Shown here: positions 12,301 through 18,777 of the stretch, one piece after another | Layout: every line of letters begins with the position of its first letter | How positions within the stretch are numbered: the stretch's first letter is position 1 | Assembly (NCBI GenBank): GCA_046757165.1 | Contig: JBHHXT010000001.1 | Location: forward strand, 32,627-96,626 | Direction of reading: 5' to 3' | Source: a bacterium | GTDB lineage: Bacteria > Zhuqueibacterota > Zhuqueibacteria > Oceanimicrobiales > Oceanimicrobiaceae | Length of the DNA: 64,000 nt | The notes under the pieces: generated by a model | What the model was told of the DNA's origin: nothing | The model's input: only the letters and a program-made list of their open reading frames with translations | The model's database searches: none | Translations under genes and position numbers: made by a program

Positions 12301-13725
12301 GCTCAGGGTGAGGGATGCGGGATCCAATGCGCCATCAGGGTCGCCATCGTTGGCAAGAATATCGATGGCTATGGCATTGTCCTCAAAGATGGTACGCTGG
12401 TCATCTGCGGCTACCGGTGATTGGTTGTCGACGCCACCATTGAGATCGATGTAGTTGTGCAAATACCGCTTGGTATCGCTATCGGACGCCAACACCAGGA
12501 GGCCGGATTCGTTCGTAATGCACTGTTTCGTCGACGTTGGGTCATTGACATCATCGTCTTTTTCGCTCGAAATCAGCACGGTACCGAAACCGGCGGGGAA
12601 AAACGGGTTCGCAAGATGAGTCTGTTTGTAATAGATGCGACATGGATGTTCGAGCCCGCGCGCAACCACGTAGATGTGTTCTGTATCAGAGTTGAAGAGG
12701 ACAATCGGGCGTGTATGTTTGTGGTCCCCAAAGCTGAAAGGATAGCGGGTCCACTCGCCAGAAAGGGTTCTTTTGAGCAAAAAAATCTTGGGATCGCTGA
12801 TTGCTTGCAGAGAAGTCTTTGTGGTTGCCAGAATGGTCCCATCTTCGGTGCAGGCGACACTCAGGTTGATATGGTCGTCGGCAACCGCCCCAAGCTCAGG
12901 GTCCGCCAAGGCAGCCTCACGTGGCTCCCATTTGGTATCGCTTTTGTTATCCTTATGAACGGAGAAGTAGATCTTCTGATCCGGTTGGTGACTCCACATG
13001 ATCCCGATTCTATCACCCCCAAATGCTATGACCGAACAGATGTCATCATCCAGTGTACTGCTCTTCTGCACAGGGAGTTTAAAAGGCTTTCCCCAAGCCA
13101 GGTCGTCGCCCAGAGAGCGGTTGATCATGACCTTGTGGCTCTGGTTCCACGTTACCCAGAGCTGGCCAGTAGAATCCTTGGCCAGAACGAGCGTTTCTGA
13201 TTTTCGGGTATTGATCTGAACAGGAAAGCCATCATCCAGGGTGTACGACTTGGTCGCCGGCTCATAACTGAATCGATACAGCCTGGCGCCTTGTGGGCCG
13301 TGCGCTGATTTGTGATTCATCTTCGCACGCGAGGCCACGTAGAGCTTGGTGCCATCCCATAAGACATCCGAGCTCGAGCGCGGGCGGTCGTCCACATCCG
13401 GGCCGACGTCGTTCCAGCACTGGTTGGCAAGGTCCAGACGATGGATTCGGTGGTGCAGGGAATCCGGACTCCACAGGATGCCCCACCAAAAGCCATCGTT
13501 GTACCATAGCTTGCTTTCCGGTTTGGCCTCCGTGGGTGCGGTGGTCACGTCACCGCTCCTGAACTTGAAGTCCCGGTAGCCAACTTCCACAGGCGTTGAA
13601 CTACATTCCTGCGCCTGCACGGCTGGCAAGAAAAAACCAACTTGAAAGCTGAAAACCAACACGAAACAAACCGACAGCAGACCCCAGGCAAGGCCACCCC
13701 ATGCCCTATGGTTTTCGACCACCAT
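6307..13725 (-). CDS. Giant secreted surface protein, paralog 1 (2472 aa): signal peptide, unassigned N-terminal domain, 13 cadherin-like repeats, 4 DNRLRE/CBM96-like modules, T9SS C-terminal sorting domain
   Basis: Complete ORF with ATG 13723-13725 preceded by an AAAAGGGGGAC SD. Signal-like N-terminus (..FLPAVQAQE). Repeats of the ND.D.DG...TYTP...F.G.D.FTY type. C-terminus LHPNYPNPFNGETTIEYAMP...GIYFLRLEVGNRIFCRKLALQK. Confidence 0.9.
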   Translation of the reverse strand: MVVENHRAWGGLAWGLLSVCFVLVFSFQVGFFLPAVQAQECSSTPVEVGYRDFKFRSGDVTTAPTEAKPESKLWYNDGFWWGILWSPDSLHHRIHRLDLANQCWNDVGPDVDDRPRSSSDVLWDGTKLYVASRAKMNHKSAHGPQGARLYRFSYEPATKSYTLDDGFPVQINTRKSETLVLAKDSTGQLWVTWNQSHKVMINRSLGDDLAWGKPFKLPVQKSSTLDDDICSVIAFGGDRIGIMWSHQPDQKIYFSVHKDNKSDTKWEPREAALADPELGAVADDHINLSVACTEDGTILATTKTSLQAISDPKIFLLKRTLSGEWTRYPFSFGDHKHTRPIVLFNSDTEHIYVVARGLEHPCRIYYKQTHLANPFFPAGFGTVLISSEKDDDVNDPTSTKQCITNESGLLVLASDSDTKRYLHNYIDLNGGVDNQSPVAADDQRTIFEDNAIAIDILANDGDPDGALDPASLTLSTQPAHGTALVNSLSAVVTYTPNADFSGSDIFTYRISDNKGALSNEAIVTITVNELNDPPVAAPDSATTDNATAVPLAVLSNDSDVDHNVAEMVPTISTFPANGTVSVNNSTGEVTYTPSPNSFGTDTFTYTIHDPAGATSNAARVAILVLARPVASDDIAVTEEGVVVDIDILANDTDLDGSLLPETISLATTPSNGTIHIDSHTGVVTYSPETGNFGTEVLTYTVSDDSGLKSNPATITIDVIGPPVAVNDSAITIADTPIAIAVLDNDFDPDGGTINAATLRTTFGPLNGAISINATNGAVTYTPDAGYSGAELIGYKVDDDKGNTSNEALITIRVNLPPVTVDDAATTFEDIPVPINITANDSDPDGSLDRATVEIHEGPLNGTLEINAVTGVVTYSPDANTFGLDFFTYSIRDNDGTLSNMATVSLAVNSLNDPPVAVSDSVMTQEETMVEIPVLENDFDVDGRVEPATIAFQGQPEHGTIVLNSLTGIVSYTPEANFFGSDAFRYTIHDEENASSQVAGVLIIVLSDNDKPIAVNDSAVTGLGAPVDIAVISNDFDIDNAIDASTVAIATPPVNGQASTVGSNGLIRYSPSAGFSGFDRFHYTVRDEGGQVSNSATVVVRVIGPPVARDDTTFTGVGNSANIAVLQNDFDPDGAGLDLRSVVKLLGPFNGSATVDPATGMIHYTPQINFDGIDAVRYTVKDLDGFTSNEAAVTIFVGSNVPPVANDDAVVTEEDTPISIDLTANDTDLDGLVVAETVLIRSGPGHGSAIVHSTGVNYVPDDDYAGQDSFTYVVRDNENASSNIATVSITVQAVNDPPLAEADSASTQEGTAVTIPVTDNDLDAERALDLSSVTITTAPTHGSATVDASSGAISYTPDSGFVGSDSFRYTVRDDNNTVSNEATVAVTVNSNPGGGQSTFVSIEDGQVKVTEVDNNYGAKSTAKVEQNKFVVYLKFRVSGLAGAVARAVVRLRVTDGSSDGGDDGGSLYGVSNTYQDTTTPWDEDELTARNAPLIFGAALASAGAVSPKTEVEFDVTGAIADDGVYSFAISSESMNQVKYFTKEGAHPPQLVVETASGGGGNLPPVAGDDAAETSSGTPVEIDVLSNDTDSDGSIDVTTVEIVSLPAHGSVSISGSTGRITYSPADGFSGQDGFSYHVKDDDGATSAPATVTVTVNGGSAGGEVTFHPIEDGQIKLSAPGKNYGSKGTAKLEFDKFIFYLKFQVSGLQNGVRQALLRLHVGSGSSDGGDDGGSLFSVSNDFKDTTMPWDENSLTASNAPDPGGIALGSAGPVNPSSLVEFDVTSVINGDGFYSFALTNNSTNLIRYSTREGIQPPELFIETTMGGTSNLPPVAENDQAETEVDTPVAIEILANDRDSDGTLEPATVTIGTLPAHGAVSLNSATGVATYTPSSGFTGADQFTYRVEDDRGAVSNEASVAVTVNSAGRDDSFTYQSIEDGQVKVTEPGKNYGSKSTAKLDLDKFLFYLKFQVSGLTGEVEHATLRLHTSEGSSDGGDDGGSLYSVSNTYLASTTPWQEEGLTAGNAPAIAGSLLDKAGAVSPNTVVEFDVSATIQGDGVYSFALASGSTNRVKYFTKEGISPPALFIQVAAASSNQRPIAVNDETATPENIAAVIDVLFNDHDDDGHLDISSVAIIDEPANGDLLVNPNSGVITYTPANGFSGSDVFTYTVRDNDGAESSVATVTIEVIRSGGATTLTFKPSHDAQVKVSEPLKNYGSKTTVKVAQDRFRAYFKFSVSGINGTVTNALLRLRVSDGSSDGSKDGGAVYRVANNFASGSAPWVEENLNAVNAPEITGEPLSSAGSVSVNSTVEFNVSEAIAANGTYSFAIKSTATDRVKYLSKEGAISPELLVEFIATSSRSELDELTLNSRKDGDGQAQAIGVPEEFELHPNYPNPFNGETTIEYAMPKEKRVELLIFNTRGQEVRSLVDAMQSPGHKKVIWNGRDNSGREVGSGIYFLRLEVGNRIFCRKLALQK
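6310..6585 (-). other. T9SS type-A (Por secretion) C-terminal sorting domain of paralog 1
   Basis: The last ~90 aa read EEFELHPNYPNPFNGETTIEYAMPKEKRVELLIFNTRGQEV...GIYFLRLEVGN..RKLALQK. This matches the familiar L.QNYPNPFN..T.I.Y.LP ... G.Y.... K...L pattern of TIGR04183-type domains. Confidence 0.75.
6665..9560 (-). repeat. Four copies of a ~795-798-bp (265-aa) coding super-repeat, each one cadherin-like unit plus one DNRLRE/CBM96-like beta-sandwich module
   Basis: The anchor CCGCCGTC (antisense of the DGG/SDGGDDGG motif) recurs at 6944, 7739, 8537 and 9335. Module consensus: IEDGQVKV.E..KNYGSK.TAK....KF.FYLKF.VSGL.G.V..A.LRL.V..GSSDGGDDGGSLY.VSN......PW.E..LTA.NAP......L..AG.V.P...VEFDV...I..DG.YSFA......N.V.Y.TKEG..PP.L. 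Confidence 0.85.
9566..12417 (-). repeat. Ten tandem cadherin-like ~97-aa coding repeats of paralog 1
   Basis: Ten successive units begin SPVAADD, PPVAAPD, RPVASDD, PPVAVND, PPVTVDD, PPVAVSD, KPIAVND, PPVARDD, PPVANDD, PPLAEAD. Each contains ND.D.DG and ..YTP...F.G.D.F.Y. Confidence 0.85.
12435..13593 (-). other. Unassigned ~390-aa N-terminal domain shared by both giant paralogs (beta-rich, propeller-like by eye)
   Basis: Blocks conserved between the paralogs: VGY+DF, KPESKLWY.D.FWWG, LY(V/I)ASRAK, LAKDS.G.LWVTW, KVMINR, WG..F.LPVQ, I.AFGG.R.GI.WS, YF.VH, ADDH.NL, KTS, (F/V)LLKR, TRPI, NP.F..GFGT, PTSTKQC, ASD. I recognise no catalytic motif. Confidence 0.5.
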
Positions 13726-13866
13726 GTCCCCCTTTTATCTTATGATCCCTTGATTTCACAATCCCGTTCATGCTAGAAACTGCAGTTTTGGATGTGTTTG
13801 AGATTGCATTCGGTCGTCTGGGGCAGAGACTGAGCAACCGAGGCTAAGCTTGCTGGTGGCCTGCTT

Positions 13867-13883
13867 CGCACTTTGATGGCCAG
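13867..13883 (-). promoter_or_regulatory. Weak sigma54-type -24/-12 candidate upstream of giant paralog 1
   Basis: The minus strand reads CTGGCCATCAAAGTGCG, which is TGGC-N8-TGC with the correct GG-N10-GC spacing. The -12 element is GTGC rather than TTGC. It lies ~140 nt upstream of the ATG at 13725. Confidence 0.25.
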
Positions 13884-13995
13884 ACTCACCAACAACTTTA
13901 TCTTGTATACACACAGCACGACGGCCATGCGTAACGCCCTTGTTAGAAACTCCTAAGCCGGACAAGCTGGAACCAAAAAAGAATTCCTAAATTGA

Positions 13996-14072
13996 GCGGT
14001 TCCTGACCGGGGGCGGTGTACAAGCTTCAGCTTGCTGGGGTGAGGGGAAAACACGCTAAAGCGTGAACACCC
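13996..14072. repeat. Intergenic structured repeat element, copy A (77 nt)
   Basis: GCGGTTCCTGACCGGGGGCGGTGTACAAGCTTCAGCTTGCTGGGGTGAGGGGAAAACACGCTAAAGCGTGAACACCC. Near-identical to 20366..20446 (2 substitutions plus a 4-nt indel). Contains the hairpins CAAGC-TTCA-GCTTG and CACGC-TAAA-GCGTG. Confidence 0.8.
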
Positions 14073-14154
14073 TCATTCAGCGTCCAAAATCCTTTTTGCA
14101 ACTGCCCTTCGGGCCTCATTTTTCAGGCAGAATCCTGGAAAATGCGTAGGCGGT

Positions 14155-16101
14155 TTAGAAACGAAATCCGAGCAGGTTCCAGGCGTGGAGAAAGGTCAGG
14201 AAGAAGATCGAAGCCAGAGCAAGAACCAGGTAATGAAGCCTGCCCGCAGCACGCCCCATCTTACCTTTCCAGACCTTGACATTGTAGATGACCATCCAGA
14301 TGGTCAAAACGCAACTAACCAACGGCAAGCATAACAACAGGATCAGTCTCCGTGGCACGCCAAAGGTGAACTCATTCATTCTATCAAAAGTCAAGAAAAA
14401 AAGACCGAAGCCTATCATGAAAAGCAGGTTTAGAAGGCTGACTGCGCCAGCGGTGCGCCTGGCTGCCCGGGTCAGCCCTTTCACACGGTCGTGCCACCCT
14501 GCGGCTCTCAACAGGCCCGCGGCTGGCCACAGAGACAAGCCAGATAAGAAAACCGTGGCCATGACCGCAAGAATGCTCAGATTGAAGGAAGCCGTTTCAT
14601 AAATCGGCAGCTTCTCGAAAGCGAAACGCTTACGGAACCACCGACTGATCTTCCCCCTGTCACCTGCCTTGAATGCAGACAATTCGCCAGTTTCCACATT
14701 GCGAAACAGAAGAGGGGCCACGTTTTGCCACTTCTGGCCGCCCTTGACCAGCAGATGTCCGTCCCTGGTGGTGGATATGGTGAACTGTTTCCTTATCGAG
14801 AATATCTTTTCGACACTATTGTGTGCATATTCGTTAATGCGATAGGTGCCAACGAACCGGCTCAACGCTTCAGGGCTGATTTCGTTCGCCTGCACCGGTT
14901 TGTCTGTTTCGATGACAGGGAAATAGTGCTCGAACAAATGCTCGGTCACGGTGCTGATCAACTTGAACCGGTCATGGTTGCAAGAAATAAAGAATCCCAT
15001 ATCGAGATCCGGCAACAGCAGGATGCGACTCACGAAACCAGGAATGTGACCTCCGTGCTGAATCGCCCGGTGGCCATTTTCCATCCGTTCATAAAAGCCG
15101 TAAGCCAGGCCAGGCAACTTCGGATGATGCCTAAAGTTCTGCTGATGCATCTGCCTCGCTGTCGTGTCTGCCAGAATTCGGACACCGTGGTAGCGACCGC
15201 GCCACAAGTGGGCTAGCATGAATTTAGCCATATCTCCAGCGCAGGCGCTGAAGCCGGCTTCAGGTCCGGTGTTGAAATAATAATACGGAACAGGACTGTA
15301 TTCACCGTCCCGAAAAGTGTATCCCTTGGCCAGGTCTTGCGCCAACGATTCAAGGCGTAAGAAACTGCTGTGGGTCATATCCAGTGGCCGCAAGATGTTT
15401 TGTTCGACATACTCTTCAAAAGGCAGGCCGGAAATCACCTCCACCAAATAGCCAGCCAGTGCGATACCATAGCGGGAATAACTGTACTCCTGCCGGGGTG
15501 GCATGACCCGTGCGGGTAGATTCCTGGCGAGGAACTCTCCCAGCGGCAACAAATCTTCCTCTCTCAAAGTCGCCAGGCCGATGCGGATGTCGTCAAAGCC
15601 GGCGGTGTGTGTGAGCAGGTTCTCGACGGTAATCGGTTGTGGAAAAGTGGCAGGGATCTTGAATCTCTTCAAGTATCGGTTGACATCATCGTCCAGGCTC
15701 AACAATCCTTGCTCGAACAACTGCATGACGGCCGTGATGGTCAGGACTTTAGAAACAGAAGCCACGCGAAACAACGTCCGGTCCGGGTCAACGGCGATCT
15801 CATTTTCAAGGTCTGCATAGCCGTATCCCTTCTTGAAAAAGACCTGCCCGTTCTTGACAAAAACAAAGACTGCTCCGGGGATATGAAGCTGTTTCATCTG
15901 CTGTTGAAATATCGGTTGCAGAAATTGCTCCATCTCACCCGCGTTCGTTGGGCCGATTCGACGAGAAGTTTCCCGGGGTGTATCATAAGTGGGGCCGCTC
16001 TGTGCGTAGGCAGACGTGGCAAAAACCAAGATGAACAGCCATAAGGGCGAAACAAAATGGGGAGCGTGCTTGAAACGAGCAGTCATCGTCAACACTGCCA
16101 T
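14155..16101 (-). CDS. Beta-lactamase-fold serine hydrolase (class C/PBP-like) with C-terminal four-helix membrane anchor
   Basis: Signal-like N-terminus. SxxK motif in FRVASVSKVLT within a typical IPGAV..V..G......GYGYAD context. The last ~170 aa contain about four hydrophobic helices. Confidence 0.8.
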   Translation of the reverse strand: MAVLTMTARFKHAPHFVSPLWLFILVFATSAYAQSGPTYDTPRETSRRIGPTNAGEMEQFLQPIFQQQMKQLHIPGAVFVFVKNGQVFFKKGYGYADLENEIAVDPDRTLFRVASVSKVLTITAVMQLFEQGLLSLDDDVNRYLKRFKIPATFPQPITVENLLTHTAGFDDIRIGLATLREEDLLPLGEFLARNLPARVMPPRQEYSYSRYGIALAGYLVEVISGLPFEEYVEQNILRPLDMTHSSFLRLESLAQDLAKGYTFRDGEYSPVPYYYFNTGPEAGFSACAGDMAKFMLAHLWRGRYHGVRILADTTARQMHQQNFRHHPKLPGLAYGFYERMENGHRAIQHGGHIPGFVSRILLLPDLDMGFFISCNHDRFKLISTVTEHLFEHYFPVIETDKPVQANEISPEALSRFVGTYRINEYAHNSVEKIFSIRKQFTISTTRDGHLLVKGGQKWQNVAPLLFRNVETGELSAFKAGDRGKISRWFRKRFAFEKLPIYETASFNLSILAVMATVFLSGLSLWPAAGLLRAAGWHDRVKGLTRAARRTAGAVSLLNLLFMIGFGLFFLTFDRMNEFTFGVPRRLILLLCLPLVSCVLTIWMVIYNVKVWKGKMGRAAGRLHYLVLALASIFFLTFLHAWNLLGFRF

Positions 16102-16122
16102 GTGTCTCTGATTCAGACCGGA

Positions 16123-18735
16123 CTACAGGTGGCTAATTGGTTTACGTTCTCGGTGCCGAATCATGTCGATATATGTAAACCATTTTTTTAACCTGATCTT
16201 GAGAATCGGGAGCGTGGATTTGCGTGTAATATTAGTTCGTCTGAGCCGCAGCAGATCGGTCGAGCTCAGGTCGTTCTGTCCATCCATCACCGTAAAGCCG
16301 AGCTTGAATCCCTCGTCTCTCAGAATCCCAACCACTTCATCGTTGTGGCCGCCGTTCGGATAACAGAATATCGGCGGAACATCCCCGATTTCCCGTTTCA
16401 AATCATCGTAGGCGCCGACGACTTCCTGGTGCATTTGCTCCGGGGTGAGCTGAGTCATGATCGGATGCGTTTGCGTGTGTGGACCGAACGTGACGCCTGC
16501 TTTGGCTAGTTGCCTGAGTTCATCCCATGCCAGGACGGTTTTGCCGGCGTTCGGTCCCTCGCCGAGCTCCGAGCAGATCTCGCGCACCAGAGCTATCGCC
16601 TGCTCGTGCGAGAGTGTTTTGACATACCGCTGTATTCTGCGAACGCTCTGCTGCCGTTCCGCAGGCGTGTTCAATGAGATAACGCCCAGCGTCGTGGACC
16701 GCAGCTCGACACTCGAGGTGAAGAGAACCGAACGATAGACCTGATCCCACCAGAAAACGCGCTGCTCCTGGTCGGGATAGGCCGTCGGCACGAACACAGT
16801 GGCCGGCAAATCAAACTGTCTCAGGATTGGCCAGGCGTGCACCTTAAAATCGCAGTACGCATCATCGAACGTGATCAAGATCGCACGCCGCGGTAGACTG
16901 GCGCCGTTCTCCAGCGCATCTAACACATCATGCACAGCCACAACGTCATAGCTCTTTGCCAGGAAGGCCATATGCTGCTCAAAAACCGCCGGCGTTGCAC
17001 TGATCAGATTTGGATCCAGCCAGGGTGTTGCTTCAGGCTCGTCAACACGGTGATAGGTTATGACACGAAGCATGTGTGCCCCTTTCCCGTTTCTGAGTAT
17101 TGTGTTCCCGTCGTTTTTATGATAGATGGGATACATAGGATATATAGCGCCATTTCCTGATTCTTCGGAATGTTGCACAGCCTTCTTAGCAAGAATCTGG
17201 CGAATGCGCCGGTTACGATGCTCGAGTGATTGGTAAACCGCATACCCCGTCAGGAAAATCAATGCCACAGCAGGCAGTGAAATATAGACCATCAATTGTG
17301 GCGCAGAGAACAGTTCTTCGACCTTAAAATGTTTTGAGAAGGTTGAATACCAGACGTTGAAAAGAAATGACGAGAAAGAGAGAATGACCATGACGACCGT
17401 CAGCCGTCGCCCAAAGCTCAAACTCACCAGGGCGATGAGCGTCATCAGGTACCACGCCAGTCCCAACTTAGTCAGGAACAGAGCGAAGAACAGCATCAAA
17501 TAGGCCCATCCCCAAAGCAACGAACCCGCGCTGCCATCCTGGCTCAATCCTACCCAAAGAATGAGGCCGGCAAAAATCAACGGGAGAATGATCTTGATGA
17601 GCGCCGGGGCAGCTGCGGCTGCTTCTCCAAGGGATTCCCAGTGCTGAGCGATCAGCTCCGGGCCGCGCCAAAACGGTAGATAGAGGATCAAGAATGTCGC
17701 TGCCAAGACAAACAAGTTTTCAGCGACAGTCCGCCACCGCCGCAGCCTGATATCGCGCAGGAAGTACACGGCCATCAACGGACCGGTGATCAATTTCACC
17801 GCAGTTGACAACCCCAGCGCAACGACCGCCAACCGCTTTCTTTCTGTCAGCAGAAGCCAAACCGCCAGAAGCAAGTAGAATACCATGACCGTGTCGGTCT
17901 TGCTTTGGCTGTTCAGAGCCACGATGGGATTCCAGGCATAGACCAGGAGACCCGCGAACACATACTCAGGGTTCACTTTCTTGAGAATAAGCGCAAGCAG
18001 GGCCAGGTTCACCAGGTGAAACATAAAAAGAACGAATCTGTACAAAAGCAGGTTGGTCGTGGGTTCGTCTCCTGCCAACCTGGACAAGAGAATATTCAGA
18101 TACATCCATCCGGGGAATTTCCCACCCGGCCGGGTCGTGTAGCGGTGACTCGCATAGGGGTAGATCGGGTCCGTCGAAAACTTGTCCGCGGCGTCATAAT
18201 AGGGATTGCTTTGATAGACACTCGAGACCCGTCCCCGCAAGATGTAGTTGTAGATGTCGGTGTTGAAATTCGGCAAAAACCAAACCGACACAAACGAAAA
18301 AAGCAGAGAAGCACACACAACAACCTTTCGAATCCCGGGATTGCGGCGGTTTCTCCAGCTCAAAAATATGGCCAGGCCATAGGCAAAAAAAGCACAGCCA
18401 GAAACAACAATAAGCAAAGACGCGATGAGATTACTGTCTTCGGACACGTGCAACGGCAGCGAAGTGATGAGGCGCCAGATCTCGAGATCATCTACCAGAG
18501 AGGCAGTCGGTCGGGCCAGGCGGCCGGGCGTTTGAGGAATCCAAAAACCGAAAAACAAGAACAGGAGAGTGAGAAAGGAAGCGAGCACAATCAGCACAAG
18601 GGGCGAGTGTGCCTCGATTTTCTTGACAAGATTCCTGAGCGCTGAGAACTCGTTGGGAGTCCTGCCCCATTTTTCTTGTGGCGGGCCGGTCCAGGCTGAC
18701 TGGACCGGCGCGTCGCGCAATTTCTCAGTTAGCAT
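16123..18735 (-). CDS. Fusion protein: polytopic GT-C-like (DUF2029/GT87-like) membrane domain plus C-terminal NodB-type polysaccharide deacetylase
   Basis: The N-terminal ~520 aa contain 12 or more hydrophobic helices and a loop NFNTDIYNYILRG..NPYY...YPY. The C-terminal domain carries NodB motifs ITFDDAY, FVPT and GPHTQTHP. It ends 21 nt upstream of the next gene. Confidence 0.7.
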   Translation of the reverse strand: MLTEKLRDAPVQSAWTGPPQEKWGRTPNEFSALRNLVKKIEAHSPLVLIVLASFLTLLFLFFGFWIPQTPGRLARPTASLVDDLEIWRLITSLPLHVSEDSNLIASLLIVVSGCAFFAYGLAIFLSWRNRRNPGIRKVVVCASLLFSFVSVWFLPNFNTDIYNYILRGRVSSVYQSNPYYDAADKFSTDPIYPYASHRYTTRPGGKFPGWMYLNILLSRLAGDEPTTNLLLYRFVLFMFHLVNLALLALILKKVNPEYVFAGLLVYAWNPIVALNSQSKTDTVMVFYLLLAVWLLLTERKRLAVVALGLSTAVKLITGPLMAVYFLRDIRLRRWRTVAENLFVLAATFLILYLPFWRGPELIAQHWESLGEAAAAAPALIKIILPLIFAGLILWVGLSQDGSAGSLLWGWAYLMLFFALFLTKLGLAWYLMTLIALVSLSFGRRLTVVMVILSFSSFLFNVWYSTFSKHFKVEELFSAPQLMVYISLPAVALIFLTGYAVYQSLEHRNRRIRQILAKKAVQHSEESGNGAIYPMYPIYHKNDGNTILRNGKGAHMLRVITYHRVDEPEATPWLDPNLISATPAVFEQHMAFLAKSYDVVAVHDVLDALENGASLPRRAILITFDDAYCDFKVHAWPILRQFDLPATVFVPTAYPDQEQRVFWWDQVYRSVLFTSSVELRSTTLGVISLNTPAERQQSVRRIQRYVKTLSHEQAIALVREICSELGEGPNAGKTVLAWDELRQLAKAGVTFGPHTQTHPIMTQLTPEQMHQEVVGAYDDLKREIGDVPPIFCYPNGGHNDEVVGILRDEGFKLGFTVMDGQNDLSSTDLLRLRRTNITRKSTLPILKIRLKKWFTYIDMIRHRERKPISHL

Positions 18736-18777
18736 CTAACGAAATAAGCACCCTTATGAACATCTCAACGTTCTGCG

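Noticed and set aside
1-12417. Could the regular repeats be a CRISPR array or satellite?
   Set aside because: The units are 291 bp (or 798 bp), degenerate at the DNA level, in frame and protein-coding. There are no short identical direct repeats separated by unique spacers, and no cas genes.
6371-13579. Many + strand ORFs inside 6307..13725 (for example 7777..8475, 10762..11316, 12421..13200).
   Set aside because: Same reason: they are antisense to a complete 2472-aa ORF with a signal peptide, repeats and a sorting domain.
13768-13965. A 65-aa minus-strand ORF in the gap upstream of the giant gene. Similar small ORFs lie at 28233..28424 and 28270..28548 in the 217-nt gap upstream of the CBS gene.
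   Set aside because: No SD and no recognisable motif, with a composition typical of non-coding sequence. The first overlaps the candidate promoter region.
13996-14072. The repeated 77-81-nt element as a tRNA/tRNA-like gene or an integron attC site.
   Set aside because: The length is tRNA-like, but the 5' and 3' ends pair at only 5 of 7 positions, the hairpin loops are 4 nt (not 7), and there is no T-loop or anticodon geometry. There are no GTTRRRY core sites and no intI nearby.
14155-16101. Whether the beta-lactamase-fold protein and the MBL-fold protein (44135..44761) are antibiotic-resistance genes.
   Set aside because: Only the generic fold motifs (SxxK; HxHxDH) are present. The architecture (C-terminal TM anchor; small cytoplasmic GloB-like protein) and the genomic context point to housekeeping or envelope hydrolases.
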